A stretch of DNA of 63,985 nt, the filler included, from an uncultured bacterium (lineage in GTDB: Bacteria; Auribacterota; CAZIXI01): assembly GCA_964543115.1 (NCBI GenBank). It is 9 parts of 9 records of this genome, joined end to end, with 100 filler letters (N's around TTAATTAATTAA, not from the genome) between each part and the next. Parts side by side here need not be neighbours in the genome. Positions count along the whole stretch, not along the records: positions 45,426 to 52,683 come from CAZIXI010000176.1; positions 52,784 to 60,003 come from CAZIXI010000177.1; 7 more parts are not named here. One strand, given 5' to 3'. The position numbers were made by a program, and so were the translations under genes. Below the pieces are notes generated by a model. The model was not told the origin of the DNA and ran no database searches. It worked only from the letters and a program-made list of their open reading frames with translations. This document shows positions 48,401-58,345 of the stretch, one piece after another; within the stretch, counting starts at the first letter, position 1, and every line of letters starts with the position of its first letter.

Positions 48401-51400
48401 TGTCACATAGCACTACCATTGGCGGTGATCAGAATCAGGATGGAGAAATTACCGAAGCGGATCTGGTGTTAGAGAGCTGGCAGGAAATCAGCTACAGCTA
48501 TGACGGACCGGACGGTTATTGCTGGGAAGAAAGAGGCATTGCCGCCAGTACCAGCACACTTAACTATCTAACGGATGATAACGGCCAGAGCTATACCTTT
48601 AAAAATAGAACCATCCAGACAACCGAGGATCTGGAAGGCGACCAGAGCCAGCTTTACCAGGCGCTGACCTACAGCCATGAAACAGCGGAAACTGATGATT
48701 ATCTGGTTAGTTCTTCTTATGTGAGCAATACCTTTAATGACGACCGCCGGATAAGTGACAGTGTTACCTATACCTAATCATCCGCCACGCAGAGTAATTC
48801 CACCTATATCAGTACCACGCAAACCAGTGATATTACCTATGACCTGCGCGGCAATAAATTAACCTGGACCGATACCTATCTGGATATCCAGGCCTCCGCC
48901 CTGACTGGAGATGTGATTGCTGAGGATTTAGCTAATTTTACTTCGCTCAGGAGAAACATTTATACCCGGCCGGCAGGGTTAGGCGACAGTATTGATGAAT
49001 GGAACAACAATATTTCTCTGGAAATGGAAACACAGATGTATGACAGTGACGCCGCTGACTGGGTGGATGCCAGCCTGAGCCGCACCCTGAATACGGAATT
49101 TGATATTCACGGTAATGTTACCCAATCAAGTAACTATTCGTACCGCATCAATGACGATGGTTATTATCAGTTTACCAGCCGGGTAACCAGCAGCACCACT
49201 TATGACGAGCGGAGCAGGGTAGAGACCAAGAGAGAGGTGCACGAGGTACTTAACGATCCTGATCCTAGTGATGATACGGCTTATACCCAGCCCGGAGTAG
49301 GCGGTATCTTTGAAGATCTGCCGGAGGATAACAGCCTGGTGGATTACCGCCTGGAAGAATCAGCTAATTATACCTATAACGATAAATGGCAAACCACCCA
49401 TAAAGAAACCGCAATTTCCTATTATACACTGAGCGAACCGCCGGTTGCCCAGCATTACTGGACCTATGTAAAAGATTATACCTATGACAGTGAAGGGCGG
49501 ATATTTACCGAAGATAGCACCAAACTGAATCATGCCGGGAATACAGTGGAAAGAACAGTAACTCAGAATGAAGATTACAATATGCACGGCCAGGCGGAAA
49601 CAACCTATCAGGATACCTACAATGAGAACGGAGAATTCACGCAGAGAAAGGTAAGTTATCTTACCTATAACGTACTTGGTTTTCTAGCTACCAGCAAAGA
49701 AACAGTGCTGGTGGAAGACGGCGCAAATTGTGTGGCCATTGATCCGGCAACCGGCATCAGTGAAGCTCAGCTCACCACCAATCTTATTTATCATACCCTG
49801 ACAGAAACCGTGAACACTGACTGGACGGTTGACGGCAAGGCGGAGGCGGGCACAAGCACCAGTTATTCTGCCGGCATCGGCGATGAAAACGGCAATTTCA
49901 ATTTTGTCAGACAAGATACATTCACAAACGAGTATGATACCGCCGCCCAGATAACCTACGGCGGCGTAACCACGGATAATATCTATGGTTTTCTTACGCA
50001 GAAAACCGTTACCAGCGCGGTAACTGACGCTGATCACTCACACACCGCCAGAGTAGCCGCGCTCTCCAGCACCCATACCACCGTGGAATGGGCCCTGGAT
50101 ACCATTAATGGATCGGAATCCATTTACACCGACTATAACCTGGACGGGATGATGGCTGAATCCCAGGTGCTGAATTTTACCGTGGCGGAAGATCAGCAAA
50201 GCAGAACCTATACCTACGGTTCTGAGAACAGTTTTGAGTATAACAGCCTGGGCCGGGTAACCAGCCAGACCACTGACAATTTTTACCTGGGCGTGGAAAC
50301 CGAGCAAAACAGCGTTGCGTGGGATACGGACAATTGGGAATACAGCCGGCGCACCGTGACAGAGAATATCGCCTGGGACAGTTACGGTAATGTAACGGAA
50401 CTAACCATCACCAATTCCGAGATAAACGATAATGATGTTACCGATCTCACTGCCTTGAGCCGCACGGTTTCTTACCGCGACTATAATTCCCGCGGCCGGC
50501 TCAGTGAATCTTTGGAAAGCACCGCTGAATGGAACGAGACAGAAGCAGACTGGGATTATGTTACCTTGACCAATACTATTAACCTGACCTTTGATTTTCG
50601 CGGTAACGCCCTTACCTCGGAGGTGCGCAGTTATCAGGTAAGTGACACCTATCTTATGCTGCAGACCTCTTATGAAGAGGATTTAGGTTTCCAGGCCACG
50701 GTTACCACCATTGACGGGCAAGAATACACTTCCACCAGTTGGGGAACGATTAACGATGTAATGGGAGATATTGTAGATGGAATAGACGGCCTGACCGACG
50801 CGGAAATAACAGAAATCAGGGCAGCTTTGTTAGCTGCCCAGGATGCCGGTTTAAGCGAACAGGGTGTACCGCAGTTTCTGTTTACCGACCGGGATGCAGA
50901 TGGATTAACCATTGGTATTGAAGACGGTGAGATTGATAGCGAGGAAGCGGAATTTGTTTCCTCTCAATTAGTGGAGAGAACCTATGATAACCGCGGATTG
51001 TACCTGGTGACTAGTGAAACCGAGAATTATAATGTAGAGAATTTTGATCAGGATACAGAGAGTATTAGAACAACCACCCTGGAGATAACGGAAATGGACC
51101 GCCAGGGACGCACCCTGGAAAAAACCGAAACAACCACCCGCGGCAGCGGGGAGGTTGAATCTACGGTGCAGACATCCTATGATCCCGATAATTCCTACAA
51201 CTATCTTGGTCAAGAAATCGCCTATACCTCTGTCAGTACAGACGATGCTTCACCAAATCTGACAATAGAAACCCAGGTTACCTCCATTCATTATAATCAT
51301 CTGGGCCAGAAAGATTATCAGGAATCCACTATTACGGAAAGCGGCCAGCTGTTTAGCGACGTGTTTATTAACCGCCTTGCATCTCTCACTCAAGAGGAGT

Positions 51401-52683
51401 TTGAGGATAACACCACCGAAGCGGAACGCGAGTATTTATATGCCAAATTTGCCGAACTGATTTTTCTGGACAGCCTTACTACAATGGATCCGGCAGAGGT
51501 AGAAGAAATCGGTGAAATTGAGGTTGATCTGACGGACATTCAGGATTATCTGGCTGCCCAGCCGGAGTTTGATGCTGTTGACTTAAACGATACATTAGAT
51601 TTAACCCAGTACCAGGCAGTGGAATATGCCTATGACGGCCTGGGCCGGTTAAGCAGTTCATTTACTACAACCGATATTGGCAACTATAGTACCGAACAAC
51701 ACATGGAAGATATTACCTACCGCTGGGGTCAGCAGTACAGCTGGACCAGCAGCACCTCTTCCGGGGTGAGCTATGTTGATGCCAACGGCTCCACTGTCAG
51801 TTATAATACCAGCAGCACCTCTCAGCGCTTGTTTACGCTGTATGACGAACTTAATCGCGTGGTAACCTACCGTGACCGCAATGAAAATACCAGCGAAAGT
51901 GAAGGAGAACGGGTGGACAATTCCGTTACCTATACCACTACCGAGGTAACCGGGTTTGATGAAGCGGACCGCACCACTGCCTATATATCCTTTACTAACC
52001 GGGTTGATGCGGAAACAGAGGGTTCAAACCTCAGCAGTTTTAGTATTCAGGAAAGAACAGCTACCCAGTTTAACGCCCTGGGCCAGATAATTGCCAGCAC
52101 CGATTATAGTACCAGTGTGCTGGAGAGTGCCTCAGAAATGAATGCCGATTCCCTGGCAGACGCCGTGGGCTTTATGGTAACCATGACAGAAACCAGCGGT
52201 ATCAGCTATAACACCAGCGGTACTAGAGAAAGTTACATTACAGAATCATATAGTCAGCTCACCGATCCCGATAGTCTTCCGGATAGATTCGGAAACCGAC
52301 CCCTGAGCTACAATGTTTATGAATCAAGTTATGTTAGCAATGAATTTTATCATGATAGTGTGGACGCCCTGGTCAGTGATTCCACGGTTTATTCCTATAC
52401 CAACCGCGATGAAGCGGATTCCATCACCCAGACAATTTCCAGTGATATGCAATACAATGAAGCGGGCCAGCTTACCAGCAAAGACAGCCGTACCCTGGAT
52501 ACCAGCCTTACCCAGGTAACAACCTCCAGTAGCTCCTATATATATGATAGTTATAACCGGATAGAGTCAACAGAAAGCAGTTCCACCACCCAGAGCGCTG
52601 CTTTTACCGATCTTACCGATGCGCAGCTGGGCTTTGACAGTGACGGTGACGGTGTTGCGGATGAGGGCGCCCGGGAAGGAACG
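45426..52683 (+). CDS. Internal fragment (about 2400 codons) of a giant acidic YD/RHS-like protein with one in-frame TAA (48775-48777)
   Basis: The two track ORFs are in the same frame, and the 45 codons after TAA are open and keep the repeat pattern (DITYDLRGNK). Dozens of [YF][DN]xxG[NRQ] turns. Confidence 0.82.
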
Positions 52684-52783
52684 NNNNNNNNNNNNNNNNN
52701 NNNNNNNNNNNNNNNNNNNNNNNNNNNTTAATTAATTAANNNNNNNNNNNNNNNNNNNNNNNNNNNNNNNNNNNNNNNNNNNN

Positions 52784-53029
52784 CGGACCGACCCTGGTTT
52801 CGATACTTTCACCGAAATAACCCACACTAAGCGTGGGATCAGGCATCCCCGCCTGCCACTTCACCCCATACTCCGCCGCCTGCCATTCGTAATAGGCTGC
52901 CTGTACCCGGGGATTATCAGCTAGGGCAACAGCAATCAGGCTCTCTAACAGAGGCATGTCTTCGGCATTAACTGACACCTGGCTGATGATAAAGGCCAAT
53001 ATAAATAAATAAAGCAATTTTGATTTCAT
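52784..53029 (-). CDS. TolC-family outer-membrane efflux protein, N-terminal fragment
   Basis: Signal peptide, then ALADNPRVQAA...PDPTLS...ETRVGP. Confidence 0.75.
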
Positions 53030-53153
53030 TTGATTGTTATTATATCATAAATCTTCTATTTTACAGCTATATTTATCTGAGGAGCAATGTCAGGCGCATC
53101 GGGTACTTTAATGGAATTGACACCAATCAAGTTTTAAGAGATAATTGTTTCCG

Positions 53154-53990
53154 ATGAATCTAAAGCTAGCTGATCACATAACAAAGATCACTTTTCCCTA
53201 TCTCTTCTTGTTTTCAATTGCCGCCAGCATCCTGGGCATTGCTGCCAGCTTGATTTTATTTCCCCAGGAAGCCAGCATTATCTCTGTTTTTCTGGCCTCC
53301 TTCACCCTGCTGGCCCTGGTCAATAAACTTTTCGATATCAACCGGCAGGAGATCTGGGGAAATATCACCACCCCCTTTCAGGCCAACAAAAAACTGGGGT
53401 TATCTTTACTGATAATTTTTATCGGTATTATGCTGGGCTACGGCCTTTACACCTTAATCCTGGATCCGGAAAAAATAAGGAGTTTATTCGCGCGTCAGCT
53501 GGGCAGTTACAAAGATGTCGGCTGCATCTTTAGCTTATCAGATATTGATTTTGGCACATTCGGTCAACTGCTAAAGCACAATCTGACTGTTTTATTAGTT
53601 GTCTTATTATTCTCGCTTTTTTACCGCTCCGGCGGGATACTGTTAATTATCGCCTGGAACGCCTCGGCCTGGGGGGTAATCTTCAGCTACATCGCCAGAG
53701 GCGCGATGCAGTTTGTGGGAGTTAAACGGGGATTAATCACACTCCTAATCAGCTACGCCAGTGTTTTTTTGCATCTGGTCACGGAATCCGCCGGCTATAT
53801 CCTCTGCGCGATGACGGGGTTTTTCCTGTCCAAGGCCTGTGTAAAATACTTTAACGACACAGCTAAATTGCTCCGGGTAACCAGGGCCGCCCTGTTAATA
53901 TTCATCCTCTCAATACTGCTCATCATTCTTTCGGCCCTGATCGAAAGCCAGCTCACCCCAAAAATCATCGGCTGGCTTAACAAGATTTAA
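53154..53990 (+). CDS. SpoIIM/DUF95-like membrane protein (probable start ATG 53154)
   Basis: About 7 TM segments, HNLTVLL, IAWNASAWG, H..E..GY and SALIES. Promoter TTGACA-17-GATAAT at 53117-53145. Confidence 0.65.
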   Translation: MNLKLADHITKITFPYLFLFSIAASILGIAASLILFPQEASIISVFLASFTLLALVNKLFDINRQEIWGNITTPFQANKKLGLSLLIIFIGIMLGYGLYTLILDPEKIRSLFARQLGSYKDVGCIFSLSDIDFGTFGQLLKHNLTVLLVVLLFSLFYRSGGILLIIAWNASAWGVIFSYIARGAMQFVGVKRGLITLLISYASVFLHLVTESAGYILCAMTGFFLSKACVKYFNDTAKLLRVTRAALLIFILSILLIILSALIESQLTPKIIGWLNKI

Positions 53991-54000
53991 AAAAACCCAC

Positions 54001-54054
54001 AAAAAAAAAGCGGGACAGCGACTAATTCCACACAGTCACTGTCCCGTTTCTTTT
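54001..54054. terminator. Bidirectional terminator between convergent genes
   Basis: A9-GCGGGACAGCGACT-loop-AGTCACTGTCCCGT-TTCTTTT. Confidence 0.75.
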
Positions 54055-54094
54055 GTAACATTATTACTACTTTTCCAACAGCGTATGCTTCTCT

Positions 54095-54631
54095 CTATTT
54101 ATTGGGCTTGCCTTGCCCGCCTTTTTTAGCCATACACTCCTGGCATTTTCCCTTACCAGCCTGTTTTCTTCCTCCAGACTTGTTGCCGCACATTTTTTTC
54201 ATTTGTTCCCGCTGCTCCTTGGTAAGGATCTTCCGTACCTGGGCACAGGTTTCCACCGCCGCCTTGGCCTGTTCCTTTTTCAACTCATATTTCTTATCAA
54301 TGAGTTTATTAACCTCGGCAACATCAAGCTCATCTTCCCACATCAACGCCTTAATCTCAACACCAATAACCGCAATTTCCGCGTTCTGGCGGATTGAGGT
54401 TTTACTGGTGTCCAGCTTCAATGTGCGCAGCTCTTTCGCCTGCTCATCGGTAATGCCCAATTCTTCCTGATTCTTGAGCGCAAGACCAATCTTCATAGTA
54501 GCCTTTTGCCCAAAATCACCTTTCCCTTTTCCTCTCCCTGCTCCCTTGCCGTGCGCGTGTTCCGCGCTGGCAATACCAACTACCAGCAAACAAGCCAGCA
54601 GCGCTACAACCAAAAAACCAAACTTCTTCAT
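54095..54631 (-). CDS. Spy/CpxP-like (LTxxQ) periplasmic protein
   Basis: Signal peptide, HAHG, ELGITDEQ and ILTKEQR motifs. RBS AAGGAGG fits ATG 54631. Confidence 0.8.
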   Translation of the reverse strand: MKKFGFLVVALLACLLVVGIASAEHAHGKGAGRGKGKGDFGQKATMKIGLALKNQEELGITDEQAKELRTLKLDTSKTSIRQNAEIAVIGVEIKALMWEDELDVAEVNKLIDKKYELKKEQAKAAVETCAQVRKILTKEQREQMKKMCGNKSGGRKQAGKGKCQECMAKKGGQGKPNK

Positions 54632-54719
54632 GATCGCCACCTCCTTTGCTAATTTAGACGCACTTGGCCTGATTTTATTCCCGTAAAAACGCTAAGACCA
54701 TGAAACGCAAACAGCTAGA

Positions 54720-55634
54720 CTATTTCTGGCGGGATAAATAATGGAAGGACCCTAAAACAGCCTTTGCCCCTTCTCCGGCCGCAACAATTATCTGTTTTTC
54801 CGGTACATTAGTTACATCACCAGCCGCGAATACTTCGGGGATATTGGTTCGATTGGCGCAATCAACAATAATTTCATTCATTTCATTTTTGTCCACTCCG
54901 GCAGAAAACTCAGAATTAGGAATTAACCCTATCTCCACAAAAACTCCTTCTACCGGTAAGGACTCCGCCTGCCCGTTCTTCTGTATCTTTAGCTCTCTAA
55001 CCATCTGCTCCCCGGTTATTTCCACAACCTGGGAATTATTAAAAATGGTCACCAGCTTACTTTCCTTTACCTTTTCCTGCAGAAGCGGATCACCGGTCAA
55101 TTCCTCTGTAATATTAATAACATAAATCTTTTTAGCGATCTTTATTAACTGCAGAGCCGCATCCAACGCGGAATTACCTCCGCCGATCACCGCCACTTCT
55201 TTCCCGGCAAATAGAGGCCCGTCACAGGTAGCGCAATAGGTAAGCCCGCGATTTTTGAACTCCTTTTCTCCCGGCACACCCAGTTCCCGCACCCTTTTGC
55301 CGGAAGCAACAATAACTGTTTTCCCCCGGTATTCACCCTTATTACTTTTAACAATAACCGCATCATTATCTTTTCTCATTTCAGTTACTGTTTCCCCTTC
55401 TCTTACCGGAATATCATATTTGCGCATGTGCTCTTCAAACTTCTGCGCCAATTCCGGGCCAGTAATAAACTGGTAACCGGTATAGTTCTCAATATCCCCG
55501 CTCAAGGCCGCCTGGCCGCCGATATCCTGGGTCACGACAACAAAGTTCATCCGCTTGCGCGCCGCATACACACTGGCCGTAATCCCCGCCGGCCCCGCAC
55601 CCACAATTATTAGGTCATAAATAGTCTCAGGCAT
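54720..55634 (-). CDS. trxB: Thioredoxin reductase / AhpF-like disulfide reductase (copy 2)
   Basis: GAGPAG, YCATCDG, GGGNSA and FAAGD motifs. Confidence 0.9.
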   Translation of the reverse strand: MPETIYDLIIVGAGPAGITASVYAARKRMNFVVVTQDIGGQAALSGDIENYTGYQFITGPELAQKFEEHMRKYDIPVREGETVTEMRKDNDAVIVKSNKGEYRGKTVIVASGKRVRELGVPGEKEFKNRGLTYCATCDGPLFAGKEVAVIGGGNSALDAALQLIKIAKKIYVINITEELTGDPLLQEKVKESKLVTIFNNSQVVEITGEQMVRELKIQKNGQAESLPVEGVFVEIGLIPNSEFSAGVDKNEMNEIIVDCANRTNIPEVFAAGDVTNVPEKQIIVAAGEGAKAVLGSFHYLSRQK

Positions 55635-55671
55635 AATATCTGTTTGGATAAAGTACTCAGTATTTGGCAAC

Positions 55672-55727
55672 CTACAAGCTACAAGCTACAAGCTACAAGC
55701 TACAAGCTACAAGCTATAAGCTATAAC
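55672..55727. repeat. Heptamer tandem repeat (CTACAAG)6 CTATAAG CTATAAC
   Basis: Read directly. It starts at the ccdA stop on the minus strand and fills most of the intergenic space. Confidence 0.95.
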
Positions 55728-56428
55728 ATCTTCCCCATCTGGATCAGAAAATATTCCGCTACCAGAATAAGGATCCAGCCGAAAATCTTCTTAATCTTCA
55801 TCGTCCAGGCACCGGCCTTAGGTATGGCCGTTAATAAACCCGTAAATGTGCCGATAACGATCAAAAGCATGCTCATCCCCAGGGCGAAGACAAACATAAG
55901 TGACGCTCCGAAAAAAATGCTTTGTTTCGTGGCCACAAAAGCCAGCAATACACCCAGCGCCGGCGCGGTACAGGGCCCGGCAACCATGCCCGAGGCCATA
56001 CCCACAATAAACGCGCCCAGAAAACCCTTACGTTTCGTCTTCGGCGCCAACCGGCTCAAAAAATAGGGCAGCGGAATATTAATCACATCCAGCATCGCCA
56101 GGCCAAACAGCAGGCAAACATTGGCGATAAAAAATTGTGTCCAGGGATTCATCTGCAGCGTACCGAAAATCTGTCCGGTCAACGAGGCCAGCATCCCCAG
56201 GATAGCATAGGTCAGGGCCAAGCCGCAGACATAGACCAGAGAAAGGCTAAACGCCCTAGCCTTTGACCCGCCGCTTTGTGAACCAATATAAGTAACCGTA
56301 ATCGGTATTACCGGATAAACGCAGGGCGTAAAACTAACCAGTACCCCACCCAAAAAAACTATGGGATACGCCAACAGGTTCCCAGTGGCTAAATACCCCT
56401 CCAAAATCTCTAGTAGATTTTCAAACAT
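55721..56428 (-). CDS. ccdA: CcdA/DsbD transmembrane electron-transfer domain protein
   Basis: SFTPCVYPVIP and GPCTAP cysteine motifs, six TM segments. Confidence 0.88.
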   Translation of the reverse strand: MFENLLEILEGYLATGNLLAYPIVFLGGVLVSFTPCVYPVIPITVTYIGSQSGGSKARAFSLSLVYVCGLALTYAILGMLASLTGQIFGTLQMNPWTQFFIANVCLLFGLAMLDVINIPLPYFLSRLAPKTKRKGFLGAFIVGMASGMVAGPCTAPALGVLLAFVATKQSIFFGASLMFVFALGMSMLLIVIGTFTGLLTAIPKAGAWTMKIKKIFGWILILVAEYFLIQMGKML

Positions 56429-56453
56429 AATCCACTCCTTCTCCCTCTTTTCT

Positions 56454-56690
56454 TCATAATCCTAGTTCCTTCTTAATCTTATCCTTATCAAAACCAATAA
56501 TGATCTGGCCTTCAATGTCAACCACCGGCACTCCCATCTGACCGGATTTTTGAATCATCTCCTGGGCCCGGGCCTGATCGGTAGAAACATCCACATTCAC
56601 AAATTCCACGTTATTATCACTCAAAAACTGCTTAACCCGCACACAAAAAGGACAAGTCGGCGTACTGTAAACAACAACTCTCTTGGCCAT
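56454..56690 (-). CDS. Glutaredoxin-like (NrdH/YruB-type) protein
   Basis: CPFC, GQMGVPV and IIGFD in 78 aa. Confidence 0.9.
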   Translation of the reverse strand: MAKRVVVYSTPTCPFCVRVKQFLSDNNVEFVNVDVSTDQARAQEMIQKSGQMGVPVVDIEGQIIIGFDKDKIKKELGL

Positions 56691-56706
56691 AGTTACCTCC
56701 TCTTTC

Positions 56707-56755
56707 GATTTCGGATTTCAGATTTCGGATTTAAAAAAATCACAATTCACAATAT
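56707..56755. repeat. Heptamer array GATTTCG with the same layout as 35051-35100
   Basis: GATTTCG GATTTCA GATTTCG GATTTAA AAAAATC ACAATTC ACAATAT. Confidence 0.8.
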
Positions 56756-56762
56756 TCATCAG

Positions 56763-57926
56763 CTATATTGTTTCTCTAATTTTACTGGCAAAATCACCTA
56801 GCTCTTTTTCATCAGGCACGTATTGAATACGGAGATCGGTCAGGGGAACATCAAAGCCTAAACTCTTAAGGATATCTTCAATCTCCCCCACGACCCTTGC
56901 CCCCCAACCGTATGAACCAAAGGCAATCCCTACCCTGCTCTTGGGCGCCAGGCCCTTGAGGTAGGTGAGAAACGCCGCCACTGTGGGCAGCATCCCGCTA
57001 TTCAAGGTCGGGGAACCAACGCAAATATAACGGGCAGTTAATACGGCGGTCATAATATCGGAAATATGGTTTTCTTTCAAACTAAGTAACTTAAAGGGAA
57101 TACCCTTTTCCTCAAAAACATCCCCCAAACGATAGGCCATTTTCTCGGTTGAACCCCACATCGTGTCATAGACAATTACCGCTTTTTGCTCACATTCATT
57201 CGCCGCCCATTTCTGATAAAGTGAAATAATTTCGGGGATATGTTTCCGCCAGATAAGACCATGACTGGGAGCAATCATCTCTATCTCCAGTCCGCCTACC
57301 GCTGCCAATGCCTTGCTTACCTGCGCCCCGTAGGGCAGCACTATATTGGCATAGTATTTCGCCGCCTCTTCCTTAATAACATCAAAGCCCAGTTGATCAT
57401 CGAATCGCTCAGCGGACGCAATATGCTGGCCAAAAGCATCGTTAGGAAGGAGCAACTTATCTTCCGGCACATAGGTCACCATGGAATCCGGCCAGTGGAC
57501 CATCGGAACCTGTACAAACTGCAGGTTTCGTTTACCAATATTAATCGTTTCCCCTGTTTTAACCACTTTAAAGTTCCATTCCTGTTTGAAATGGCGGCGC
57601 AACCCTTTTTCGCCGTTCGGGGAGGTCAACAAAACGGCATTCTTCGCCAATTGCATAATTCGCGGCAGACAGCCGGAATGATCCATCTCTACGTGATTGG
57701 ATACGACATAATCTATTTTCGCTGGATCAACAATCTCCCTGATCCGGGCCAGCATTTCATCATAAAGATAGTGCTTTACCGTATCAACAAGCACAATCTT
57801 TTCATCTTTAATCAGATAGGAATTATACGTCGATCCTCTCTGGGTACGGTAACCATGGAAATCCCTCAGTTTCCAGTCAATTCCTCCTACCCAATAAACA
57901 TCTTTTTTAAACTCAACCGGTTTCAT
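56763..57926 (-). CDS. fprA: Flavodiiron protein (O2/NO reductase) FprA
   Basis: GSTYNSY, HVEMDHSG, HWPDS, DAFGQH, PSHG, then flavodoxin TMWGST and GSYGWG. Confidence 0.95.
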   Translation of the reverse strand: MKPVEFKKDVYWVGGIDWKLRDFHGYRTQRGSTYNSYLIKDEKIVLVDTVKHYLYDEMLARIREIVDPAKIDYVVSNHVEMDHSGCLPRIMQLAKNAVLLTSPNGEKGLRRHFKQEWNFKVVKTGETINIGKRNLQFVQVPMVHWPDSMVTYVPEDKLLLPNDAFGQHIASAERFDDQLGFDVIKEEAAKYYANIVLPYGAQVSKALAAVGGLEIEMIAPSHGLIWRKHIPEIISLYQKWAANECEQKAVIVYDTMWGSTEKMAYRLGDVFEEKGIPFKLLSLKENHISDIMTAVLTARYICVGSPTLNSGMLPTVAAFLTYLKGLAPKSRVGIAFGSYGWGARVVGEIEDILKSLGFDVPLTDLRIQYVPDEKELGDFASKIRETI

Positions 57927-58091
57927 CTATTCTGTCTCCAGCTCGAATTCATCTTTAGCCGCCCCGCAAATAGGGCAGACCCATTCTTCAGGCAGCTGTT
58001 CAAACGGTGTCCCAGGCTTTATCCCGCCGTCCGGATCACCCTGGGCCGAATCATAAACATAGTTACATACCTCACAACGATATTTACCCAT
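57927..58091 (-). CDS. Rubredoxin, 54 aa (missed by the ORF track)
   Basis: [64 protein letters not shown]; the stop abuts the fprA ATG. Confidence 0.96.
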   Translation of the reverse strand: MGKYRCEVCNYVYDSAQGDPDGGIKPGTPFEQLPEEWVCPICGAAKDEFELETE

Positions 58092-58114
58092 AATGCCTCC
58101 TTTAATTTAAGCCA

Positions 58115-58291
58115 TTATTGTATCAAAAATCCCGGCCATAATGAAATCATTATCCGTTTCCCCAACTGCCGCAGAGCCAATCCCAGGGCCAGCATTGACC
58201 CCAGTGAATCACCGTCAGGATTCTGGTGCCCGCAAACAACTATAGTTCTAGCTGCCAAAATTGCATTTTTCGCTTGTTTAATCCCTTTCAT
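58115..58291 (-). pseudogene. Truncated DHH-family phosphoesterase (NrnA-like), only motif I retained
   Basis: MKGIKQAKNAILAARTIVVCGHQNPDGDSLGSMLALGLALRQLGKRIMISLWPGFLIQ* (58 aa). No downstream DHH motif exists before rubredoxin. Confidence 0.8.
58117..58153 (-). promoter_or_regulatory. Candidate promoter and palindromic operator of the rubredoxin-fprA operon
   Basis: TTCATT-17 nt-TACAAT with TG extension. Palindrome ATAATGA-AA-TCATTAT (58138-58153) covers the -35. Confidence 0.55.
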
Positions 58292-58345
58292 TGGCTTTTA
58301 CTTCATTGAAACAAATAATGCTTCATCACTTACTTCCTTATTAAA

